From Verrucomicrobiia bacterium (GTDB lineage Bacteria; Verrucomicrobiota; Verrucomicrobiia; Limisphaerales; UBA8199): a stretch of 64,000 bases of DNA. Both the position numbers and the translations under genes were made by a program. The notes below the pieces were generated by a model. It searched no databases. It was given only the letters and a program-made list of their open reading frames with translations, and was not told where the DNA came from. This document shows, piece by piece, positions 10,591 through 18,899 of this stretch; position 1 is the stretch's first letter; every line of letters begins with the position of its first letter. The stretch is from the NCBI GenBank assembly GCA_036524155.1, contig DATDCV010000404.1, forward strand, positions 874 through 64,873, read 5' to 3'.

Positions 10591-10702
10591 TACCCCCCCT
10601 CAGTCTTGGGTCGGAGCGCCGAGTTGTACTCGGCTTACAGGAGGCCGTCGGTTCGCTTAAGCCGATTAGAAATCGGCGCTCCGACTCAAGATTGAGGCGA
10701 TA
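10591..10702. mobile_element. MITE-like inverted-repeat element, family A, copy 1 (reverse orientation)
   Basis: The sequence taccccccctcagtcttgggtcggagcgccga...tcggcgctccgactcaagattgaggcgata is the reverse complement of the element at 35819-35930 with few mismatches. The flanking 10-mers are tcgctgccag / ccgctgacac (7 of 10 identical). Confidence 0.6.
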
Positions 10703-10782
10703 CCGCTGACACCTTTTTCGGTGTTGGCACGTCTCCGAGCCTTCGGCTACCATGTGCCCCTTAGCTGGAAACGGAAGACTCT

Positions 10783-12840
10783 ATGAAAAGGAAAAGCGAT
10801 ATGGAAAAGGTTTCCAGGATTTGTTTGTTGGGCATTGCCATTACGGGGTTCGTCACCATCGCCGTTCCAGCAGCCACCACTTACCAACTCGACAACGGAA
10901 GCATTCGTTACCCGGTAAATGCAAGTGACGGAACCGAGCCGCACGACAACTGGTTCGGTAACGTCTTTACCGCGTTGGCGGGGGCGGAACGGATCACCCG
11001 CGTGGATTTTGGCGTTTATACGACCACCCCCGGTTCGTCGGGGTCGGTGGTGCTCTACCGGGTCACCGACCCAGGCGGCAACCCGGCAGCGGGGGCAACC
11101 CGAGTCTATACTCAGGCTTTTACTCCCCTCACGGGCGATGGCACAAACGCGTTTCTACAGCAGATTAATCTCACGACGCCTGTCTCCTTCAACGCCGGTG
11201 ATATGTTCCTGGTTGCCGTATTCATCCGGAACGTCATCGCACTTCCACCCAATGACAAGTATCCGTACTTGCTCGACACGAGCGGCACGGCAACTGGCAC
11301 TTATTGGGACCGAAGCACCCCCAATACGTTCAACCTCGATGACCTGAGTGGAGCGAGACCAATCAATCAGGTTCTCACCGCTGGTGGTTGGGCGCCTGAC
11401 GCTGGCCACATCTTCATCCGGGCCGTGGGCGTCGAGGTCCCCAAGCCTTCAGTGGGCGGCGCACAACCCGCGGTCTGGAATGCAAATATATCCGAAACTT
11501 TCCTCAACGTCAGAGGAAGCCCGGTTGTGGTAGGACAGGTGGCGGTAAATCTCACCCAACCCGGGCGAGTCTTGGTGCAGTTTGATGGCGACTGCTCCTG
11601 CGATGTGGGGGACCGGATCGTTCTTGCGGCAAGCGATACACCTAACTGGGGCGCTAATGACGGCAATGAGTCCGTCAAGGCAGCCAGTGCGACTGTGAAT
11701 GGGGAGTCTTTTTCTCATAGCCGCGTGTATGAGGTGTCGGCTGGTCCGCATACCTTTTACGCCGTGGCCCAGAACTACGTCAACGAGTCCGGGAGCGGGA
11801 GGGCGTCGATCTACGGGACATTGAAAGTCAGGTTTTTCCCGTTATCCGGCAACTCGGCCTTTGTGGATGGGCAAGGGATCAGTCAAACGGGCATTAACCT
11901 CCGCGGAGCTCCGGTAACGCTCGGGACCGTTACGATCCAGGCGCCCGTTTCCGGGAGGGTCATCGCGCACTTCGACGGCGAGTGTATTTCGTCTGTGGGG
12001 GACCGGATCGTCCTGGCGGCGAGCGATACGCCTAACTGGGGCGTTAACGACGGCAATGTGGCGGTCAAAGCCGTCAGCGCTAGTGTGGATTCGCAGACTT
12101 TCTCTCACAGCCGCGTTTACGCCGTGACCGCTGGGTCACATACTTTCTTTGCCGTCGCCCAGAACTATGTGGACACGGCGGGCACCGGCACTGCCTCCAT
12201 CTACGGCACCCTGACGGTTGAGTTCATGCCCGATAGTCCTACTCCGCCTCTTCTCGCCGGCACGGGGATAGCCGATACTCTGGTGAACCTGCGAGGCAGC
12301 CCTGTGACCCTTGCAACCCTTACCCTGCAGGCGCCGACTGCCGGTGATGTCGTCGTCCACTTCGATGGGTTTTGCGACTCTGATGTTGGAGACCTGATTG
12401 TGCTGGCGGCGAGCAATACGCAGGGCTGGCTGCCTAACGACGGAAATGTGAGCGTTGAGTCCCCCAGCGCGGCTGTGAGGATGCAGTGCTTTTCTCATTC
12501 ACGAATTTACCACGTCTCGGCCGGACCTCAGAGTTTCTACGCCATAGCCCAAAACTACGTCCACGAGTCCGGTAGCGGGATGGCTTCCGTTTACGGAACT
12601 TTGACCGCTGAATTTTTCTCCCCCGTCCCATATACTCTGCGCGCGGTCTTTGTCCCATCCTCCACATTAAAAGTTCAGGTCTGGGGTCCGTCGGGCGGTT
12701 CCGGCCGGGTCCAGCGCAGCACGGACCTCATCCACTGGACGGACTGGCAATCCATAACGCTCGCCACGCAGCCCCTCGAAATCATTGACCCCGACTCGGG
12801 CACGACACCTTATCGCTTTTATCGAGTGATTTCCCCGTGA
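10783..12840 (+). CDS. secreted repeat protein (N-terminal domain, 3 x 130-aa module, FYRV-type C-terminal module), function unknown
   Basis: 685-aa ORF with a signal/TM-like N-terminus (ICLLGIAITGFVTIAVPA), three tandem 130-aa repeats, and a C-terminus ending ...YRFYRVISP. Confidence 0.8.
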   Translation: MKRKSDMEKVSRICLLGIAITGFVTIAVPAATTYQLDNGSIRYPVNASDGTEPHDNWFGNVFTALAGAERITRVDFGVYTTTPGSSGSVVLYRVTDPGGNPAAGATRVYTQAFTPLTGDGTNAFLQQINLTTPVSFNAGDMFLVAVFIRNVIALPPNDKYPYLLDTSGTATGTYWDRSTPNTFNLDDLSGARPINQVLTAGGWAPDAGHIFIRAVGVEVPKPSVGGAQPAVWNANISETFLNVRGSPVVVGQVAVNLTQPGRVLVQFDGDCSCDVGDRIVLAASDTPNWGANDGNESVKAASATVNGESFSHSRVYEVSAGPHTFYAVAQNYVNESGSGRASIYGTLKVRFFPLSGNSAFVDGQGISQTGINLRGAPVTLGTVTIQAPVSGRVIAHFDGECISSVGDRIVLAASDTPNWGVNDGNVAVKAVSASVDSQTFSHSRVYAVTAGSHTFFAVAQNYVDTAGTGTASIYGTLTVEFMPDSPTPPLLAGTGIADTLVNLRGSPVTLATLTLQAPTAGDVVVHFDGFCDSDVGDLIVLAASNTQGWLPNDGNVSVESPSAAVRMQCFSHSRIYHVSAGPQSFYAIAQNYVHESGSGMASVYGTLTAEFFSPVPYTLRAVFVPSSTLKVQVWGPSGGSGRVQRSTDLIHWTDWQSITLATQPLEIIDPDSGTTPYRFYRVISP
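11485..12654 (+). repeat. three tandem 390-nt intragenic repeats
   Basis: The (L/I/V)N(V/L)RG landmarks at 11503, 11893 and 12283 are exactly 390 nt apart. The conserved core is DRIVLAASDTPNWG(A/V)NDGN...FSHSRVY.V.AG.HTF(Y/F)AVAQNYV....G.G.ASIYGTL. A 60-nt core of repeats 1 and 2 differs at 6 positions by hand count. Confidence 0.85.
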
Positions 12841-13093
12841 ACCTCAGTCCTCACCCGCGCAGCGCCCCGTAAAGGGGGCTCTACGTTTAACTTGAGTCCG
12901 CTCGGGGCGGCGGCGCTGGATTTCCGCAACCTTTTTCGCAGTCTACGGGTATTATAGTATGACCCTGTTCCGCCCGGCATCAGGGCCCGCCGCTTTTTGC
13001 TCCAGGGACGGACCATGAATCCGGCGCGACGGTGACGGGGACTACCAATTACGGCCACGGAAACAGGAGATAGCAAATGCAGAGGAACTTCGT

Positions 13094-15157
13094 ATGAAAA
13101 GAAACTCGATCCATTCTTGCGTGAAGCCCGCGTTGATCGCGGGATTGGCGGCGGGAATCGTCAGCGCGTCTCTGGCGCAGGGAGTAGCTGCGCAAACCAA
13201 GGAAACGGCAGGCACATCAAGAACGGGCGGAGGGGCCGTCAACCGGGGGTTGGCGCTGGACGGGGAGAACGCCTGGCTGCAAGTTCTTGGTTCCGCTTCC
13301 TTCCACACGCTTTCCAACGCGATCACCCTGGAAGCCCGGTGCCTGGCGTATTCATTTTACCCCGCTCGCGGCAGTGTGAATTCGATTCTGCGAAAGAACG
13401 TTAAAGCGGCTGCGGAGAACTTCTTCTTGCGAATCCGGAATTTGGACGGCCCGCGCCTTGTGGAAATGGGCGTGGGCAGCGAGCTTGGGGTCCTGCCAGC
13501 GCAGACCGAAATTCGAACCAACCAATGGTACCACCTGGCAGGCACCTATGATGGCCGCACCGTCACGGTCTATGTGAACGGAGTCCAAATCAGGTCTGAG
13601 CCGAAGTCCGGCGTTCTGACGATCGACGATTCGGACCTGGTGATTGGGAAGGGTGACCCGGAATTCAGCGGCGGTGAGTTTTTCCATGGTGTGCTCGACG
13701 AGATCCGCGTTTGGAACGTGGCGCGTTCCGGCGCCGAGATCCAGTCCGCGATGAACAAGCCCTTGACCGGGAAAGAAAAGGGGCTGGTGGCTTATTGGAA
13801 CTTTGACGATGGCACCGCCAAGGATTTGTCAGGGCACGGCAACAATGGGCGGCTTGAGGGGAGTGCCCGGATAGTGGAAACCCCGCGCCCCACCATCTCC
13901 CCAATCAAAACCCAAACGGGTGCTGCCGGCGAATCCCGCGCTGAAGCGCTCACCGCGGAAAAACGAGTCGAGATCGTCGAATCGCTCTGGCAGAACTTGA
14001 GTGAAATATATCCCGCGCTGGAGTATAAGGGCATTCGCGGCCGCGAGTGGATTGAACCGGCAATTAAACGGGCGCGCGAAGCCAGGAACGACCAGGAAGT
14101 CTACGACATTCTCCTGGAACAGATGGCCTCCCTGAAAGATACCCACACCCGCATTATTAGCTACCCCGGCCAACCGACGCTGGAATCGCCCCCGGTGATG
14201 CTCAACAAGGTGGAAGACAAAGTGGCGGTGATCCGGGCTCACCCATCGACCACGCTCGTGGCCGGCGAAGTCATCGTCTCGGTCGCAGACCGGCCCGTCG
14301 AAGACTGTCTGGCGGAGCAAATGAAGCGGGTGTGCAACTCGACCGACCGTGGACGTGTGCGCGAGGCCTGTGGCTCGTTGCTCCGCGGTCCGCCCGGCAC
14401 GACCGTGACCGTCAGCGTCGAAGAGGCCAACGGCCAGGTCCGCCGTGTGGCCCTGCGCCGTGAATCCAAACCGGATTTCTGGCGGGAACCGGCGATGTCC
14501 GCTCACTCATTAGGCGAGTCGATTGGTTGCATCCGCATCAGCCGGTGGACCGACAACGCGATCCCGGAACAGTTCGACCAGGCTCTGGAAAAATTCAAAG
14601 CGACCCGAGGCATCATCATTGATGTGCGGGGCAATGGCGGTGGAAACGACCAATTGGCGGACGTGGTAAATGGCCGGCTAATAACCAACGCGGTGGTGAG
14701 CAGCATCGATTTCTGGCGGAAACGCGGCACGGATCAATACGACCGGACCATCGGCTGGGTTCAACCGCGCGGCCCCTGGGCCTTCCCGGGGCGCGTCGCC
14801 GTGCTCATCGACGAAGCGTGCGCGAGCGCCTGCGAACATTTCGTGTCCGGCATCGAGGCAATGGGGCGCGTGTTGCTGGTGGGCATGCCCACCAACGGCG
14901 CCGGCGGCGGGCCAACCGCTGTCAACCTCCCGGATGGCACTCGCGTCGCGATTTCGCGGGCCCTGGGCCTCCGGGTAAACGGCGTCGTCTTCGAAGGTCA
15001 TGGCATTCCTCCCCACATCTACTCGGCCCCGACTTTGAAAGACCTGCGCGAAGGCCGGGATGCCGCGTTGGAGGCCGCCAAAGAGTGGATCGGTTCAGGC
15101 AAAGACCTGCCGCCCCGAACTCAACCGCTTCCCGGCCTCAGGGGATCGGCAGCGTAA
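13094..15157 (+). CDS. secreted LamG-domain / S41-family (tail-specific-protease-like) peptidase fusion
   Basis: The protein has a signal peptide. The LamG/concanavalin-like part reads WYHLAGTYDGRTVTVYVNG...GVLDEIRVWNVARSGAEIQ...LVAYWNFDDG. The S41-like part reads IIIDVRGNGGGND and VAVLIDEACASACEHFVSG. Confidence 0.82.
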   Translation: MKRNSIHSCVKPALIAGLAAGIVSASLAQGVAAQTKETAGTSRTGGGAVNRGLALDGENAWLQVLGSASFHTLSNAITLEARCLAYSFYPARGSVNSILRKNVKAAAENFFLRIRNLDGPRLVEMGVGSELGVLPAQTEIRTNQWYHLAGTYDGRTVTVYVNGVQIRSEPKSGVLTIDDSDLVIGKGDPEFSGGEFFHGVLDEIRVWNVARSGAEIQSAMNKPLTGKEKGLVAYWNFDDGTAKDLSGHGNNGRLEGSARIVETPRPTISPIKTQTGAAGESRAEALTAEKRVEIVESLWQNLSEIYPALEYKGIRGREWIEPAIKRAREARNDQEVYDILLEQMASLKDTHTRIISYPGQPTLESPPVMLNKVEDKVAVIRAHPSTTLVAGEVIVSVADRPVEDCLAEQMKRVCNSTDRGRVREACGSLLRGPPGTTVTVSVEEANGQVRRVALRRESKPDFWREPAMSAHSLGESIGCIRISRWTDNAIPEQFDQALEKFKATRGIIIDVRGNGGGNDQLADVVNGRLITNAVVSSIDFWRKRGTDQYDRTIGWVQPRGPWAFPGRVAVLIDEACASACEHFVSGIEAMGRVLLVGMPTNGAGGGPTAVNLPDGTRVAISRALGLRVNGVVFEGHGIPPHIYSAPTLKDLREGRDAALEAAKEWIGSGKDLPPRTQPLPGLRGSAA

Positions 15158-15158
15158 A

Positions 15159-16907
15159 TCATTTCTTCTTCAACCGCGCCGCGATGTCCGTCTGGAACGA
15201 CGGCGGTTCAAGCTGAAGCGACCTTCCAGACACGGTGGTTTCGCTGGCTGCCACGCGTTTTCCGGAGAGAGTGTCCCACCACTCGACCGCCCAGGGACCA
15301 TCGTCGAGCCCCGTCAATGCCACCTTCGCGCCGGAAACTGGAGGCGGATTTGGGGTCATGGCCCCGTCCGGCCAGTCGCAGGCACGGTCCAGCAGCCAGA
15401 CCAACGCGTGTTCGCGCGACGCGACGCCGAAGGGCAGCACCGGAGCATCTGTTTGCTCGAAGCGCGCGGGGCGCAAGTCGGAGCGGCCGGTGCCCGAGCC
15501 TTGGAGGAAAGCGGCGAGCGCCGACCAGTGGTGGTAGAGGTTGGCGGAGTGGATGCTTTCCCACCACCAGGTCATGCCGGTGCCGGCGGCGCCGGTAAAA
15601 GCTCCGCTCCAGATAGCCTGGTGCAGCGCGCGAAAATGCGGGTCGGTGTCGGGCTTCCAGCCCTTCCAGTCGGTGCCGTACTCGCTCACAAAGAAAGGCT
15701 TTTGGTATTTCTCGAAGAAGCGCGCGGTCTTCTGGGCCATCATCTGCGCTGGGTGCTTCTCGTTGTACGAGTGGTACTGGCAGAAGTCCATTTCCGGGAG
15801 CGCAAACAGGTCGGGTTTCTCGCTCCCGCCCGTGAAGCTCGAGGAGATGAGATGCCGGTAGGGATCGATCGATCGCAGGTGACGGCCCATATCGCGATGC
15901 CAGGCCACCACGTCGTTGTGTTTCAGGTAGGCGTATTCGTTGTCAATTTCATTGAAGAATTCCCAGGCGAAAATGTTGCGAAACGCCGACCAGCGAGCCA
16001 CCAGGTATCGCAGTCGTTTCTCATACAGCTTCCGGGCCTCGGCGTTGGTGAAGAAATCGTTCTGGACCTGGCAGGGGCCGCCATTGGTCGCATTGTAGGG
16101 ATGGCGGGGCCAGAAGTTGTTGCCGCCCCAGAAATCTGGCTTGACCTCAAAGATGCCGTGATAGTCGAAACAGAGCATGACGAAGATGCCGCGGCGCTCG
16201 GCCTCGGCGAGGACGCGATCGAGCTGCCATGCGTTGTCCTGGCGGTAGCGAAGCTTGTCCTGGCGGTCCCACTCGAGCCCGAAAGCCTGGTGCCACATCC
16301 AGATTCGGATGTAGTTGATGCCCGCTTTCTGGCAGCCCTCGAGCCAGTCGTCGTAATCGTAGGTGCCCCGGCTGCCATGCCAGCAGACGCACAGGCCGTT
16401 TAGGAAGAGCGGCGTGCCATCATCCAGGCAGAAATAGCGTTTCTGTTTCGGCTCGACGCGGGCTAACCCACGGCGCTTGCCCGCGGTGACTTCCATGACT
16501 GCTTCTCCTCGCCCCACCGGCCGGCCGTCGAGGGACGCGGTAGCGACCAATTTGTGCGGTCCGGGCTCGAGTGGAAGCCAGCGCAGGCGCCAGCCCCCAT
16601 CGCCCTGCGGCGAGAGCACCTCGCGGTTGCCCTCTAACTTGCGACTAAACTCCCGGCCGAAAAAACCGGGCACACGAACCACCTTCCCGGACGGAGGCAT
16701 AACCTCCAGGTCCAACGTGACCATCTCGGGATCGAACGGATTCGTCGCGGAGGGCATCCCCGAGACCGATATTTCCACTCGCTCAAAAACCTCGGGCTTG
16801 GCGACGGGCAACCTCAACTCGAGTTTGCTCTCGGCAGCTACGCCATAGGACGCGGTCGGAAACAAAACCGCTGCGACAAAGACATTCCTGATGAATCGCC
16901 TGATCAT
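15159..16907 (-). CDS. secreted clan GH-A glycoside hydrolase (GH5-like) with an N-terminal Ig-like (DUF5060-like) domain
   Basis: The start is chosen at MIRRFIRNVFVAAVLFP (the track ORF extends to 16952). The (beta/alpha)8 hallmarks are INYIRIWMW and FAWEFFNEIDNE (NE acid/base motif). The stop lies 1 nt from the convergent S41 gene. Confidence 0.82.
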   Translation of the reverse strand: MIRRFIRNVFVAAVLFPTASYGVAAESKLELRLPVAKPEVFERVEISVSGMPSATNPFDPEMVTLDLEVMPPSGKVVRVPGFFGREFSRKLEGNREVLSPQGDGGWRLRWLPLEPGPHKLVATASLDGRPVGRGEAVMEVTAGKRRGLARVEPKQKRYFCLDDGTPLFLNGLCVCWHGSRGTYDYDDWLEGCQKAGINYIRIWMWHQAFGLEWDRQDKLRYRQDNAWQLDRVLAEAERRGIFVMLCFDYHGIFEVKPDFWGGNNFWPRHPYNATNGGPCQVQNDFFTNAEARKLYEKRLRYLVARWSAFRNIFAWEFFNEIDNEYAYLKHNDVVAWHRDMGRHLRSIDPYRHLISSSFTGGSEKPDLFALPEMDFCQYHSYNEKHPAQMMAQKTARFFEKYQKPFFVSEYGTDWKGWKPDTDPHFRALHQAIWSGAFTGAAGTGMTWWWESIHSANLYHHWSALAAFLQGSGTGRSDLRPARFEQTDAPVLPFGVASREHALVWLLDRACDWPDGAMTPNPPPVSGAKVALTGLDDGPWAVEWWDTLSGKRVAASETTVSGRSLQLEPPSFQTDIAARLKKK

Positions 16908-16961
16908 CACCCGCCCGGTATCCACCAAGCGTAGCAATGGAAGCAAGCCCAAAGCGCGTGA

Positions 16962-18341
16962 TTATTGCTGGCGCAGGCGGTAATACTCACTCCCGGTGCC
17001 GATAAGGTTTGTGACGGTCAGCCGATTGCCGACGAGGACCGGAGACAACCCGGTCGGAGACCACGGGGTTCCGGGGTCTAAACCGGTCTTGGACTCGAGG
17101 ACAAACCCCGAGGAAGAAGCAGGCCAGGAAAGAACGATTTTGTCTTGCGCGCGCAACGCTCCCAACACCGGCCGCAACTGAACATTGACGCGCCAGGTGC
17201 GACTGTCTTTGAGCACCTGGAGCGGATCGTTGCGGACCTTGGTTGTGGGGTCGCTTACTTCAACCTTCACCAGGTTGGTGCCGCTGGGCAACGCTGAAGC
17301 AGCGATGGTGAATTGACCATTGGTGGCGCCGGGTACGGCAATGTTGTTAGTGAACCACTGCACACTCAGGTCGTAAGTGGCGGGCCGCGGGCGCTCGATG
17401 GCGAACGTGCCGGTCTGGGGGTCGATCAGGTTGATGACGGCGTTGGTCGAGGGAGAATTTGATTCGATGGGGTGAACCAGGTGGTAGGTAGACTTTACGA
17501 GGGCTTCGGAGCAAATCTCGCAAAACGGGACGCCCAAGTGGTTCATTTTACAGTCGAGCTTGGGGCGGTACCAGGCGGTGGCATGGTAATGCGCGCCTTC
17601 GAACAGCCCGACGAGTGCGGCGTAGGCGGGGGTTTCGGGCGTGGGAACGGGCGTGCTCGGCAATATCCAGGTCGTCCACTTGATCAGAGTGCGGTTGGTC
17701 TGGCGCGTTGTGTTGGGCTCCTCGGTGTCGGGATATCCGGGATACGCAGCGTCGTATTCATCCCCGAGCCCGGAATAGGTGTGACCCAGTTCGTGGGTGG
17801 CGATTTCGGCCGAGGAGGCGTTCACGGATGCGATCAACGGGCTGCCGCCGGACCCTCCGTATTGGGCGTCGTTGACGATGAGCACGCTCAGGTCGTACTC
17901 CGGCATCAGGTTTTGCAGCAGCAGGTTGACTTTACCCTGGCCGTTCGCGTAAGTGCCGTCCCGGTCGTTCGGAGGGATGGTGATGAGTCTGGCAATACCG
18001 TAGCTGTCGTAGCTGCTGTTGAAGTAGGTGTCCTTGAAAACGCCGGTGGAAGGATGGTCGGAGCCGGCCTCGACCGAAGGCACGAAGATGGTGAACGCGT
18101 TAAAATAGTTGCTGTAGGCGTCGAACGGTGGCGTGCGAATCATCCCCGCCAGCGCGCGGCCGACATCGGATGCGAACTGGTTAGTCTGGCTCGGCAAGTA
18201 GCCTTCAGAGAGAAAAACGATGTTGATGCGCTTAGCCGTTGGACCGTTGGTGAGGATCTGGGACAGGATTCCCTGCGGTCGCGCGCCCGGCACCAGGCCC
18301 AACAGCGCCACGCCAAGAATGCAGCGACGTAAGAGAGTCAC
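16962..18341 (-). CDS. M64-family (IgA-peptidase-like) zinc metallopeptidase with a C-terminal Ig-like region and YYRL module
   Basis: The protein has a signal peptide, RINIVFLSEGY...FNAFTIFVPSVEAGSDHP, and the zinc motif HELGHTYSGLGDEY. The GTG start overlaps the stop of the upstream ORF (GTGA). The C-terminus ends SEYYRLRQQ. Confidence 0.82.
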   Translation of the reverse strand: MTLLRRCILGVALLGLVPGARPQGILSQILTNGPTAKRINIVFLSEGYLPSQTNQFASDVGRALAGMIRTPPFDAYSNYFNAFTIFVPSVEAGSDHPSTGVFKDTYFNSSYDSYGIARLITIPPNDRDGTYANGQGKVNLLLQNLMPEYDLSVLIVNDAQYGGSGGSPLIASVNASSAEIATHELGHTYSGLGDEYDAAYPGYPDTEEPNTTRQTNRTLIKWTTWILPSTPVPTPETPAYAALVGLFEGAHYHATAWYRPKLDCKMNHLGVPFCEICSEALVKSTYHLVHPIESNSPSTNAVINLIDPQTGTFAIERPRPATYDLSVQWFTNNIAVPGATNGQFTIAASALPSGTNLVKVEVSDPTTKVRNDPLQVLKDSRTWRVNVQLRPVLGALRAQDKIVLSWPASSSGFVLESKTGLDPGTPWSPTGLSPVLVGNRLTVTNLIGTGSEYYRLRQQ

Positions 18342-18835
18342 GGCGTGGCCTTTGGTTGCGGGATCTTAATGCTCCCCAGCAGTTTCTTGGCGCGGCCTGA
18401 AACCGCGGCCTCCGCCCGCGTCGCCTGGCGTTCCAGGCGATACACTTTTAGCTCGCCCCCGTCCTCGTGATAGGGCACGCGCACGGTGAACTCGATTTCG
18501 GTGACTTTGACTTCTTTGACTTTGAGCTCACCGGGACGGTCCGGATCTTCGTATTCGAACCGACGGACCGTCGGATCGTGTATCACGTCGCTCCAAAGTT
18601 TTGCTCTGTTGGTGGACATCAACTCCAGCTCGAGCCCTCCCGTTTTGTCAGGCGCAACCGGTGTTTTCAACCGGCCCGGTTTGACCGCGGAACTCACGAG
18701 GGCGATTGCGTCCCCTTTGAGCCTGAGGTGGAGGAACAGGATTTGATTGTTCTCCTCGGCCCGGCACCAACCGGCGGCCAGAATGGCGCCGGCGAGCAAA
18801 ACCGTCCGGGCGAGTCGGGGAATGGGTGTCTTCAT
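18338..18835 (-). CDS. small secreted protein co-transcribed with the M64 peptidase, function unknown
   Basis: 165-aa ORF with a signal peptide (RTVLLAGAILAAGWCRA) and a beta-rich sequence. It overlaps the downstream M64 gene by 4 nt. Confidence 0.65.
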   Translation of the reverse strand: MKTPIPRLARTVLLAGAILAAGWCRAEENNQILFLHLRLKGDAIALVSSAVKPGRLKTPVAPDKTGGLELELMSTNRAKLWSDVIHDPTVRRFEYEDPDRPGELKVKEVKVTEIEFTVRVPYHEDGGELKVYRLERQATRAEAAVSGRAKKLLGSIKIPQPKATP

Positions 18836-18899
18836 TTTCGTGGGCGCTCTTCGATGAGCCTTTCTGACGCCAGCGTAATTGAACCGACCGGAAATCGCA

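Noticed and set aside
11485-12654. Diversity-generating retroelement (template/variable repeat) as an explanation for the three near-identical repeats
   Set aside because: No reverse transcriptase is present in the window. The differences between repeats affect all four bases rather than adenine positions, and the repeats are in-frame tandem protein modules.
15060-16403. 447-aa plus-strand ORF overlapping the S41 gene end and opposite the GH5-like gene
   Set aside because: It overlaps two well-supported genes and translates to an Arg/Gly/Ala/Val-rich sequence. It is antisense to the FAWEFFNE-containing gene.
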